Shown here: one piece after another, positions 21,616 through 30,657 of the stretch | Layout of the letters: the number at the start of each line of letters is the position of its first letter | Numbering within the stretch: the stretch's first letter is position 1 | Assembly: GCA_963724635.1 (NCBI GenBank) | Contig: CAVRVI010000001.1 | Coordinates: forward strand, 16,678 to 80,677 | Source of the DNA: an uncultured Chloroflexia bacterium | GTDB taxonomy: Bacteria > Chloroflexota > Limnocylindria > Limnocylindrales > CSP1-4 | Direction of reading: 5' to 3' | DNA: 64,000 nucleotides | Position numbers and translations under genes: made by a program | The notes under the pieces: generated by a model | The model's input: the letters and a program-made list of their open reading frames with translations, nothing else | What the model was told of the DNA's origin: nothing | Database searches by the model: none

Positions 21616-22672
21616 GCCCCCGACCCGGGTAGCGACCCCGCGGCGGCCAACAGTTCGCCGAGTCGATCGATCGACACGTTCCCGCCGGACAGGACGACCG
21701 CGACGCGCTCGCCGTCCCGATATGGGATCCGACCCGCCAACACGGCCGCCAGGGCCGCGGCACCGGCGGGCTCCAGCACCTGCTTGAGGCGCTCCAGCCC
21801 GAACCGCAGGCCGGCGAGGATCGTGGCTGTCGTCGAGGAGCGCGATGTCTTCGAGATGGTGCTGCGCCATCGCCAGGGTCCAGGCCCCGGCGAATGGAGC
21901 GCCCAGGCCGTCGGCGACGGTCGTCGGCTGGATCGTGATGACCTGGCCAGCCGCCATCGCCAGGGTCATCGCCTGTGAACCGACCGGCTCCACGCCGTAG
22001 ATGCGTGCCTGTGGTCGCATCGCGTGGACGGCCGCGGCCACGCCGGCGATCAGCCCGCCACCGCCCACCCCGACCACGACGACATCGACCTCCGGCAGGT
22101 CCTCCACGAGCTCGAGGCCCGCGCCGCCGTGGCCGGCGATCACGGCCGGATCGTCGAACGGATGGACGAAGGTCAGACCCTCGGCATCCCGGATCCGGCC
22201 CATCTCCGCGAAGGTCTCGCCCACATGTGCGCCATGCAGGACGACCCGCGCGCCGTAGCCCAGGCAGGCGTCCACCTTCGACTGGACCGCATTCGCCGGC
22301 ATGACCACGGTCATGGGCACGCCGGCGGCCCGGCCGGCCCACGCATAGGCCTGACCGGCATTGCCGGCGGACAGCGTGATGGCGCCACGTTCCCGGGCGT
22401 CGGGCGGCAGGGTCGTGATGCGGTTGGTCATGCCGCGCGACTTGAACGACCCGGTCTTCTGGAGGTGTTCCGCCTTCAGGTACAGGCGACCGTCGCCCGG
22501 CCGCGTTCCGGTCGCCCGTGCCGCCCAATCGGCCGCCGTGGTCGACGTCAGCAGCGGCGTCCGATGGACCAGTCCGACCAGCCGTGCGCTCGCGGCCTGG
22601 ACCTCGGAGAACGGGACGAGGTGATCAGCGGCGCCAAGATCGGGGACGATCGGGGGTCGAGCGGCTGGACAT
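21612..22672 (-). CDS. PLP-dependent threonine/serine dehydratase family protein (indel near 21820; start approximate)
   Basis: HRTPLL, KAEHLQKTGSFKSRG, SAGNAG, GVGGGGLI, EPAGAAALAA, SGGNV. Confidence 0.88.
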
Positions 22673-22704
22673 CGCGCGGAGTATCGCACCCGTACCATGC
22701 GGCC

Positions 22705-23612
22705 ATGGTTCGCTTCCGACCCGGCACCCTGGCCAATTCCCGCCTCGCGTTCGACCTCTTCGTCCCCACCATCGAGGACCTGGGGCGACGCACTGGTGGC
22801 GCCGCGAACTCGACGCCCGGGACCATGGACGACGCCTGGGCGATCCGTCGGCCGATGTTCGAGCATCTCGGTGCCACCGCCGATGCCTGGTGGTTCGCCG
22901 AGGACGAGGCGACGGGCCGGGCCATCGGCTACGCGCGATCGATCCTCCGGGACGGCGTCCGCGAGTTGACCGAGTTCTTCGTCCTCCCCGACGCGCAGGG
23001 CGCCGGCGTCGGTCGCGAGCTGCTCGCCCGGGCGTTCCCCGCGGTCGGTGCCCGCCACCGGGCGATCGTCGCGACCATCGATGCGCGCGCGATCGCGCGC
23101 TACACGCAGACCGGTCTGGACGGCAAGGTGCCGATCGTGTCGGTGGAGGGCGCCCCACGGGACATCACGCTCGCGACGGACCTGACCCGCGAGGCGATCG
23201 ATCCGGGCGGACCGCCCTCGACGAGTTGGGCGCCATCGATCGGGCCGTGCTCGACTTCCGCCGCGACGCCGACCACTTGTGGCTGGCGTCACAGCGGGCC
23301 GGCTGGCTGTACCGCCGCGACGGTCGCGCCGTGGCCTACGGGTACCACCACGCCCGGCCGGCGGGCGGTGGGCCGTTCGCGGCGCTGGAGGCGTCGGACG
23401 TGCCGGTCCTGTTGGCCGACGCCGAGCGGGCGGCCATCGCCGCGGGCCACGAGACGGTCACCTTCGACATGGCGTTGACGGCGCGGACGGGTTGGGACCA
23501 CCTGCTCGGCGGCGGCTACCGCGTGGATCCGTTCGTGATGCTGTTCTTCACGGATGGCCCCGTCGACGGCCTGGACCGCTACGTCCTGACCTCGCCGCCC
23601 TTCTTCGCCTGA
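22705..23612 (+). CDS. GNAT-family acetyltransferase, double-domain (indel near 23215)
   Basis: EFFVLPDAQGAGVGRELL acetyl-CoA-binding motif. Confidence 0.8.
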
Positions 23613-23679
23613 AGCCGCCCGAGCCGCCGATCCCGGCCCGTAGCCGCGCGTTCTGCTGAGCCATCACCACGGACGTCCG

Positions 23680-23865
23680 CCAGGTCGTTCACTCGCAGCG
23701 AACGTTTTCGCATCGAGCGCGCACCGTCACGACCAGACTGGCGTCGTCACCATGATCTCGTTCGCTCGGAGCGAACGACAGGCGACCAGGGCGACCTGCA
23801 CGACACCGGATCCGACCCGGCGCGGCCCTCACCCCGAGATCGTTCGCTGGCGGCGACACGGGGGC
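23680..23865 (+). repeat. Copy B of the ~190-bp dispersed three-palindrome element
   Basis: GTTCRCT-N3-RGCG palindromes starting at 23687, 23760 and 23842; flanks homologous to copy A. Confidence 0.7.
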
Positions 23866-23920
23866 GGTCGATCCGTGTCGACGCGGTCGCCCTCAGGGGC
23901 GGCCAGAGAGCCCCAAGCAC

Positions 23921-23950
23921 TTGCGTGTTTGCGCAAACACTGATAGTGTT
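23921..23950 (+). promoter_or_regulatory. Promoter TTGCGT-N17-TAGTGT with an internal operator palindrome
   Basis: Perfect GTGTTTGCGCAAACAC (23925-23940) plus AACACT-GAT-AGTGTT; GTG start 7 nt after the -10 element. Confidence 0.7.
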
Positions 23951-23956
23951 CTCGTC

Positions 23957-24256
23957 GTGTTGGACTACCTGCCGGTCTCCGCTGATGTCGATCGCGAGCG
24001 CTACGCCGCCGTCGGTCGAGCGTTGGCGGACCCCAAGCGCCTGTGCGTCCTCGAGTCGCTTGCCATCGGCGAGCTCTCGGTCAGCGACCTCAGCCTGCGG
24101 GTCGGCTGTCAGGTGCCCAACATGAGCCAGCATCTCGCGGTCCTCCGCCGAGCGGGGCTCGTGACCAGCCGGCGTGACGGCAACACCATCCTCTATCGCC
24201 TCGCGGACCCCCGGGTCCTCGAGGCCTATCGACTCATCCAGGACCTGGCCCGCTAA
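23957..24256 (+). CDS. ArsR/SmtB-family regulator
   Basis: RALADPKRLCVL, NMSQHLAVLRRAGLVTSRRDG, YRL. Confidence 0.9.
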   Translation: MLDYLPVSADVDRERYAAVGRALADPKRLCVLESLAIGELSVSDLSLRVGCQVPNMSQHLAVLRRAGLVTSRRDGNTILYRLADPRVLEAYRLIQDLAR

Positions 24257-24328
24257 GGGCCGGAGCACCCGCTCGTATGGGCGGACAGACATCCCGCAGG
24301 AGGCAGGCGGGAGAAAGGACTCATCCCC

Positions 24329-24673
24329 ATGGCGGAGATCAAGCACGCGACGGACGCGAATTTCGAGGAGCTCGTCCTCAAGGCGGAGCGGCCGGTCGTC
24401 GTGGACTTCTGGGCGGCCTGGTGCGGGCCGTGCAAGATGGTCGCCCCCGAGATGGAGAAGCTCGCCGCGAAGTACGACGGGGCCGTCGATGTCGTCAAGG
24501 TCGACGTTGACGCGAACCCGCGCCTGTCGCAGGCCTTCAACATCATGAGCATCCCCACGATCGCGTACTTCAAGCCGGGCGCGCAGCCGCAGGGCGTGGT
24601 GGGCTTCCGCCCGCTCGAGCAGCTGGAGCAGCAGTTCAACCTGACCGAGTTCGCGGCCGTCAAGGCCGACTGA
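24329..24673 (+). CDS. trxA: Thioredoxin
   Basis: VVDFWAAWCGPCKM, SIPT. Confidence 0.96.
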   Translation: MAEIKHATDANFEELVLKAERPVVVDFWAAWCGPCKMVAPEMEKLAAKYDGAVDVVKVDVDANPRLSQAFNIMSIPTIAYFKPGAQPQGVVGFRPLEQLEQQFNLTEFAAVKAD

Positions 24674-24695
24674 CCCCGGCGGACACCGCGCTTCC

Positions 24696-24727
24696 ACGGC
24701 CCTGGTCTTCGGACCGGGGCCGTTTTG
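24696..24727 (+). terminator. Intrinsic terminator after trxA
   Basis: ACGGCCCTGGTC-TTCG-GACCGGGGCCGT followed by TTTG. Confidence 0.8.
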
Positions 24728-24738
24728 TCGTTGCCGGA

Positions 24739-25050
24739 TCAGCCCCGGGCGCGGCGAGCGGCGGCGGCGAACCAGGCCCGGGCGCGGTCCTCGGCGTGGC
24801 CGTCCAGCGTCTTCGGCCGGAATGACGCCCACTCCGGGCCGCGCGGGGAGGCGCTCGTGTCCGGCGTCCGTCGCGCGGCGTCGGCGATAACGGTATCCAG
24901 GCGAAAGGCCGCCGTCAGCCCGTCCGCGTCGAGCGTGGCGAACGGTCGGCCGGCGATGGCCCATGCGGTCGACCCGTCGGCGTCGGTCGTCGCGTCGATC
25001 CCGTCGTCCTCGTCGGCGGCCGCCGACGCGAGGATCTCCTCCAGGCTCAC
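24739..25050 (-). CDS. Small hypothetical protein (weakly YjbR/TfoX-like)
   Basis: WAIAGRPFATL...AFRL...RGPEWASF pattern; start overlaps the upstream stop. Confidence 0.6.
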   Translation of the reverse strand: MSLEEILASAAADEDDGIDATTDADGSTAWAIAGRPFATLDADGLTAAFRLDTVIADAARRTPDTSASPRGPEWASFRPKTLDGHAEDRARAWFAAAARRARG

Positions 25051-25532
25051 GATCCGCGCGCGGCCGCCAGGATCGCGGCCAGGTCCGGGACGTGCTCCTC
25101 GTAGTGCGCGATCGTCTCGTCACTGAGTGTCCGCAGGTGGTCGGCGTTCTTGAGCCAGCGGACCTCGGGGACGACGGTGAGGTAGCCCCGCAACTCGCCC
25201 GGCTGGGTCCGGAAGCGCTCGCGCAGGTCGGCCATGGGTCGCTCGGACCAGGTGCGCGTCAGCTCCTCGTTGACGACATCGCCGCCGCGGGTCTCCCAGT
25301 CGGCGTCGACCCGGGCGATGGTCGGGCTCGTCTCGTTGACGGCGAGCTCGGTGGCGATCTCCAGGGCGATCCCCTGCCAGGCCAGCATGTGCGCCATGAG
25401 GTCGCGTCCCGACCAGCCGTGGGCGGCTTCGACCGGGCGATCGAGCGTCGCGTCATCGAGGGCAGCCAGGGCCTCGTACGGCGTCCACGCGTCGCGTTCT
25501 TCCTCCAGGAACTCCATCGCATCGAGGTACAT
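25047..25532 (-). CDS. DinB-superfamily four-helix-bundle protein (ClbS/DfsB-like)
   Basis: GWSGRDLMAHMLAWQ and C-terminal AHYEEH. Confidence 0.72.
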   Translation of the reverse strand: MYLDAMEFLEEERDAWTPYEALAALDDATLDRPVEAAHGWSGRDLMAHMLAWQGIALEIATELAVNETSPTIARVDADWETRGGDVVNEELTRTWSERPMADLRERFRTQPGELRGYLTVVPEVRWLKNADHLRTLSDETIAHYEEHVPDLAAILAAARGS

Positions 25533-25581
25533 GCCCGCATGGTAGTCGGGCGCACCGGGGCGCGATGGTAGAGTCGCGGCG

Positions 25582-26319
25582 ATGACCGCCGACGAACCCG
25601 GTCCCCGCCTGCCACCGGTCGATCCCGAGGTCGCGGATCGCGTACCCGGCGACACCCTCAGCCCGGAGCTCCTCGCCGGCCTCCTCGCGGATGGCGACGA
25701 CGAGCTCGCGGCCTGGACGCTCAGCCATGCGCTTCGGGAGTCGTCGCGCGCCGAGGTCTACGACGGCCTGCTCGCCGAGGCGATGCGGCTGGTCGGTGAG
25801 CGCTGGCAGAGTGGCCGCTGGTCCGTGGCCGAGGAACACCTCGCCAGCCAGACGCTGCTCCGGGCGCTGGATCGCATCCGGCCCGACCTGGGTCCGGACG
25901 GCCGGGTCGGGCCGCTGGCGGTCCTTGCGGGCGTCGCCGACGAACATCACATGATCGGGCTCGTGTGCCTGGACCACGTCCTGCGCGAACTCGGCTGGAC
26001 GGTGGCCGTGCTCGGAGCGGATGTCCCGACGGCGGACCTCGCCACGTTCGTGGAACGGAACGACGCTCGCCTCGTGGCGTTGACGGCCTCGCATGCCGAT
26101 CGGACCGGCACCGTGGCCGAGGCGATCAACGCGGTCCGTGAGGCCGCCGCCTCCCGCGGCGGCGCGGGTCGGGCGGTGCCCGTCATGCTGGGCGGACGGC
26201 TCGCGGCCACGCCCGGCGTCGGTATCGCCGTCGGCGCGGACTGGAGCGGCAGTTCGCTCGTCGCCGCGGCCGCCTATGCGGATGGCGTGGTCCGGCGGCT
26301 GGGTCCCATCGAGGCCTGA
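25582..26319 (+). CDS. Stand-alone CarH/AerR-type cobalamin-binding protein, no HTH
   Basis: W-x9-EH (WQSGRWSVAEEH), ExHxxG (EHHMIG), LGADVP. Confidence 0.82.
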   Translation: MTADEPGPRLPPVDPEVADRVPGDTLSPELLAGLLADGDDELAAWTLSHALRESSRAEVYDGLLAEAMRLVGERWQSGRWSVAEEHLASQTLLRALDRIRPDLGPDGRVGPLAVLAGVADEHHMIGLVCLDHVLRELGWTVAVLGADVPTADLATFVERNDARLVALTASHADRTGTVAEAINAVREAAASRGGAGRAVPVMLGGRLAATPGVGIAVGADWSGSSLVAAAAYADGVVRRLGPIEA

Positions 26320-26356
26320 TCCCCGGCCGGGCGAGCCCCGTCCGACTCAGGCCCCG

Positions 26357-28021
26357 TCAGACCGAGACCGGCTCGCGGTACTCCCCGAAGACGCCGCGCA
26401 GGACCGCGCACTGTTCGCCGAGCGTGGCGTAGGCCTCGGCGCACCGCAGGAAATGCGGCATGAGGTTCGTCTCGCTGCTGCCCGGTCGTTCGGCCGCCTC
26501 GCGGAGCCCGCGCAGGGCGCTCTCGACGGCCGACGCGTCCCGCTCGCGACGCGTTCGCTCGAGGCGGGCCAGATGGCCCTCCAGCGAGCCAGTCGGCACG
26601 CTCAGGACCGGCACCCGGGTCACCTCGTCCTCGTCGACGTAGGCGTTCACGCCGACCACGTGGCGCTCCCCGGCATCGAACTCGCGCTGGTAGCGGTACG
26701 CGGCGTCCGCGATCTCGCGCTGGGGATAGCCCTCCCCCACGGCGGCCACCATCCCGCCGCGGCGATCGATCTCGTCGATGTAGCGCCAGACCTGGCGCTC
26801 CGTCTCATCGGTGAGCGCCTCGACGAACCACGACCCGCCGAGTGGGTCCACGGTCGCGTCCACGCCGCTCTCCTCCGCGATGACCTGCTGCTGGCGCAGC
26901 GCCAGGAGCGCGGCCTCGGCCGTGGGGACGGCGAGTGCCTCATCGAACGCGTCCGTGTGGAGCGACTGGGTCCCGCCCAGGATCCCGGCCAACGCCTGGA
27001 GCGCGACGCGAGTGAGGTTGTTGAGCGGCTGCTGCGGGGTCAGCGAGACGCCGGCGGTCTGGGTGTGGAACCGCATCCACGCGCTCCGCTCGTTCTCGGC
27101 GCCGTACCGCTTGGTCATGAGGTCGTGCCAGATCCGCCGGCTCGCGCGGAACTTGGCGATCTCCTCGAAGAAGTCGGAGTGGCTGTTGAAGAAGAAGCTC
27201 AGGCGCGGCGCGAAGTCGTCGACGCGCAGGCCCCGCTCCAGGGCCGCCTCGACGTACGCCATCCCGTCGGCGATGGTGAACGCGAGCTCCTGGACCGCGG
27301 TCGAGCCTGCCTCGCGGATGTGGTAGCCGCTGATCGAGATGGTGTTCCAGCGCGGCAGCTCGCGCGTCCCGAACTCGATCGTATCGGTGACGAGGCGCAT
27401 CGACGGCTCGGGCGGGAACAGGAACTCCTTCTGGGCGATGAACTCCTTGAGGATGTCGTTCTGGGTCGTGCCCTCGAGCCGGTCACGCGGAACGCCCGTC
27501 TTCTCGGCGGCCACGATGTACATCGCCCAGATCGGCGCGGCCGGCGAGTTGATCGTCATCGAGGTGCTGACCCGGTCGAGGGGCAGGCCATCGAGGAGGA
27601 CCTCCATGTCGGCCAGGCTGCTGACGGCGACGCCGCACGTCCCGAACTCGCCCTCGGCCTCGGGATCGTCGGTGTCGTAGCCGTACAGGGTCGGCATGTC
27701 GTAGGCGATCGAGAGTCCGGTCTGGCCGGCGGCGAGGAGCTGATGGAAGCGGCGGTTCGTGTCCTCGGCGGCCCCGAAGCCCGCGAACATCCGCATCGTC
27801 CACAGCCGCGACCGGTAGCCCGTGGGGTGGATGCCGCGGGTGAACGGCGGCTCGCCCGGTAGGCCGACCTTCGCCTCGACGTCGGCGCCCAGCGACCACG
27901 GCCCATAGAGCCGCTCGATGGGCATGTCGCTGAGGGTCGAGAACTGGCCCTTGCGCTCGGGGGCGCGGCGCAGGGCCGGGTCCAGGCGTTCGCGTTCCCA
28001 GGCGTCGCGCCGGTCGCTCAT
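26357..28021 (-). CDS. B12-dependent acyl-CoA mutase large subunit, isobutyryl-CoA-mutase (IcmA) type
   Basis: [49 protein letters not shown]. Confidence 0.92.
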   Translation of the reverse strand: MSDRRDAWERERLDPALRRAPERKGQFSTLSDMPIERLYGPWSLGADVEAKVGLPGEPPFTRGIHPTGYRSRLWTMRMFAGFGAAEDTNRRFHQLLAAGQTGLSIAYDMPTLYGYDTDDPEAEGEFGTCGVAVSSLADMEVLLDGLPLDRVSTSMTINSPAAPIWAMYIVAAEKTGVPRDRLEGTTQNDILKEFIAQKEFLFPPEPSMRLVTDTIEFGTRELPRWNTISISGYHIREAGSTAVQELAFTIADGMAYVEAALERGLRVDDFAPRLSFFFNSHSDFFEEIAKFRASRRIWHDLMTKRYGAENERSAWMRFHTQTAGVSLTPQQPLNNLTRVALQALAGILGGTQSLHTDAFDEALAVPTAEAALLALRQQQVIAEESGVDATVDPLGGSWFVEALTDETERQVWRYIDEIDRRGGMVAAVGEGYPQREIADAAYRYQREFDAGERHVVGVNAYVDEDEVTRVPVLSVPTGSLEGHLARLERTRRERDASAVESALRGLREAAERPGSSETNLMPHFLRCAEAYATLGEQCAVLRGVFGEYREPVSV

Positions 28022-28051
28022 GGCCGCGACTCTAGCACCGCGGCCGGTCGA

Positions 28052-28630
28052 TCAACGACCACCGAACGCCGCCACCGCCGACTCGATCTTCGGGTCGGGC
28101 AGGTCATTGGTGATCACGACATTCACGACGTCCGGGTCCGCGGCCGGCCAGACCACGACCGTCTGCTGCCGGTCCCCGGTCTTCGAGTCCATGCGCCGGA
28201 CGGTCTCGCCCCCCATCTCGACCTCCGCCTCGCCGGTGACCTGGGTACGGTTCGCGGCCTTGGCACTCTCGGTGTAGAACTGCGCGATCGCGTCGGCCGT
28301 CAGGCCGGGCGCCGTGAACACGACGAGCGCCGCCGCCCGATTGCCGCCGAAGTCCCAGGTCCCGCCCGAGAACCGGATCTCGTCGAAGCCCGCCGCGGCC
28401 AGGCTGCCAAGGTTCACGGCCGTGCAGTGCCGGCCGGAATCGAGCGTGGTCGGACCGCGGTCCTCGTAGCTCGTGGGGATGCGGGCCTCGAGATCCGGAT
28501 AGGCGCCGGACGCGGCCCCGTCGCCGCTGCACGGCCCCGTCGGATCGAAGGAGGGAGGCGTGCCCCCGCCACAGCCCACGACCGTGATGAGGAGGGCGAC
28601 GACGACGGCGAGGAGCCCGCGTGGATGCAT
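28052..28630 (-). CDS. Putative lipoprotein
   Basis: MHPRGLLAVVVALLITVVGC lipobox-like signal; two further Cys. Confidence 0.72.
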   Translation of the reverse strand: MHPRGLLAVVVALLITVVGCGGGTPPSFDPTGPCSGDGAASGAYPDLEARIPTSYEDRGPTTLDSGRHCTAVNLGSLAAAGFDEIRFSGGTWDFGGNRAAALVVFTAPGLTADAIAQFYTESAKAANRTQVTGEAEVEMGGETVRRMDSKTGDRQQTVVVWPAADPDVVNVVITNDLPDPKIESAVAAFGGR

Positions 28631-28819
28631 CACCGAAAGGGTACGGGAGGTCGGCCCGGGACGCCGTCGCGACCCGCGCTCACGATCGAGCGTGCCGTGG
28701 CGAGCGGCGTCCGATGCGCCCCACCGTGTGGTGCGTCCGGACACCTGGTACGGGCGTCCGGGGGTGGTGCGCCGGTGCGCCCGACCATCGAGCCCGGCAC
28801 CGCTGGGAGAAGGGTGCCA

Positions 28820-28849
28820 TTGCCTTTGCCGCAGGTCGAGGCCTAACGT
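28820..28849 (+). promoter_or_regulatory. Sigma70-type promoter TTGCCT-N18-TAACGT for the putative ncRNA
   Basis: Points into a gene-free interval that folds as a long rod. Confidence 0.5.
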
Positions 28850-28856
28850 TCTGCCT

Positions 28857-29084
28857 ACGCCGACCCGCGATCGCTCTGGGAACACAACCTGGGGTGTCGG
28901 TCACGGACCAGGGAACGGACGCTCGCCGGAGGAGGTTCCGACGGGGGATCCCGGACCCAGGTCACGAGCCGAGTAACAGGATCTTTCGGCCATCGGGCCC
29001 GGACGGACGTAGGGACGGCAGGACTGATCACACAGGCGCGGATCCATCAGAGCATCGATCGCCCTCCGGTATCGGGGGGCGATC
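28857..29084 (+). ncRNA. 6S RNA-like long hairpin with a central bubble
   Basis: 5' arm 28867-28902 pairs with 3' arm 29022-29062; purine-rich unpaired strands; apical stem GGGGATCC/GGATCTTT; 196 nt; followed by a hairpin at 29057-29084. Confidence 0.6.
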
Positions 29085-29107
29085 TCGCGTCTCCGGGGTT
29101 CTGACCC

Positions 29108-29852
29108 TCAGGCGGTCCGGCCCGGACGCACGGGCGTCGGGTGCGATCGCCGATAGATCCCGCGCGCATCCAGGTCGGCCTGGATGACCCGGGCCGCGGC
29201 CACGAGCTCAGGGTCGCGGGTCACGGTGCCGGCCACCCAGTCGATGTACGACGGCTCGAACGCGGCGATCTGGCCGAGCGTGTGGCCATGGAACTTGCCG
29301 AACTCGATCTCGTGCGCGCGGGCGGCATCGAGGGTCGGTGGCTTGGGCCGGCGGAAGTCACGCAGCCGGTCGCGTTCCAGGGGACCGGTGGGCGTCGAGG
29401 CTCGGGGCGGCTCCTGGCTGACCCGCTCGCCCGCGCAGCGGAGGCTGGCCGGGCAGGGTGGTCGCACGTCGGCCGGTGCGCGCCCCTGTGGCATCCGGGC
29501 CGGTGGTCTGGTTGCGGGGCTGGAACGTCCCGCTCGTATCGACGCGCCCGGTGACGGGTCGGCTGGGCTTGGGTCGTGGCGGGCCGCCGCGGCGCGGCAC
29601 CCCGTCCGCATCGGTGAAGTCGGCGCGCTCCTCTGCGGCGCGACGACGGGCTTCCTCGTTGCCTCGGGTCAGAGCCGCATAGGCGTCGTTGATCTCGGCC
29701 ATGCGCCGGGTGGCCGCGCGAGACGCCGCGGGATCGTCACCGGTCAGGTCCGGGTGATTGCTCCGGGCCAGCCGCCGCCAGGCGGCCTTGATCGCGGCGG
29801 GATCGGCGCCGACATGGACGCCGAGGACATCGTGCGGATCGCGCTTGACCAC
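29108..29852 (-). CDS. J-domain protein with a C-terminal DUF3820-like domain (indel near 29430)
   Basis: DPHDVLGV...IKAAWRRLARSNHPD; C-terminus IEFGKFHGHTLGQIAAFEPSYIDWV. Confidence 0.8.
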
Positions 29853-29871
29853 GTCTGCGAGTGTAGCGACC

Positions 29872-30591
29872 ATGACGAGGCAAGCCGGGTCCGCACGGAT
29901 CGTCGATGCCAGGGGGTGGGCGGCGTTCCTGGGCGCCGGCGCCACCCTGGTCCTCGCGGGGTGCGGACCACTCGGCATCGCGGGGCCGACACCGACGATC
30001 TACGACGAGGCCGGCATGCCGCTCTGGGCGAGCGTCACCGTGACCGGTGAGCCGCCGGTGGCCCAGCGCGACCTGGACCTGGCGCTGCTGACGCTCCCCG
30101 ATGCGGCCCCGCTGCGGACCATCATCATTCCGGCCGGCACGGTCATCCGCTGGGACGAAGGCCTGTCGGAGGGTGCCTATCGGCTCGTCGGCCCTGAACG
30201 CGCGTGCCAGCTGGACGTCGAACTCCCGCCGGAGCAGTCGACGGCCGTGATCCTTGCTGTGACCGACAGCGGTTGCTCGCTGCGCGTCGCTGGGCCTGAC
30301 GAGACACCAGCCACCGTGGCCAGCGGCTCCGTCTCGGTCACGGTCACCGCGCGACCGTGGGCGGGCCTGTTCGTCGACGCCATCTCGCTCGATGAGCCCC
30401 GGCAGCCGGTCCCCGAACCGGTGCCACCGGATGAGGGTGGGCTCGCGATCGTCGACCCGCTGTACGTCGGCCGCTACGACATCCGACTCCGCCGCGGCGA
30501 CGAGGTCCTCGAAACACGGACGATCGCGATCGAGGACCATGGCGCGCCCGGCCATCTCGTCCAGCTCGACCTCGACGGCGTCCCGGACTGA
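29872..30591 (+). CDS. Putative lipoprotein/exported beta-rich protein
   Basis: LGAGATLVLAGC lipobox-like signal. Confidence 0.62.
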   Translation: MTRQAGSARIVDARGWAAFLGAGATLVLAGCGPLGIAGPTPTIYDEAGMPLWASVTVTGEPPVAQRDLDLALLTLPDAAPLRTIIIPAGTVIRWDEGLSEGAYRLVGPERACQLDVELPPEQSTAVILAVTDSGCSLRVAGPDETPATVASGSVSVTVTARPWAGLFVDAISLDEPRQPVPEPVPPDEGGLAIVDPLYVGRYDIRLRRGDEVLETRTIAIEDHGAPGHLVQLDLDGVPD

Positions 30592-30657
30592 CGGGGCCGG
30601 CCACCCCGAACCGGACGGCGCTTGACAGGTCGACCGGTTGTGCCGTCCCCTTGGCGT

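Noticed and set aside
23680-23865. Spaced palindromes as a CRISPR array
   Set aside because: Only three degenerate units, the spacers are homologous between the two loci rather than unique, and there are no cas genes. Kept as a dispersed repeat instead.
12797-28021. Cobalamin riboswitch near the B12 genes
   Set aside because: These genes start directly after -10 elements (leaderless), and no B12-box sequence was seen in the intergenic gaps.
28857-29084. RNase P RNA, tmRNA or SRP RNA
   Set aside because: No GAGGAAAGUCC or ACAGAACCCGGCUUA, no tRNA-like ends, and no SRP GCCAGG/GGAAG loop; size and fold fit 6S better.
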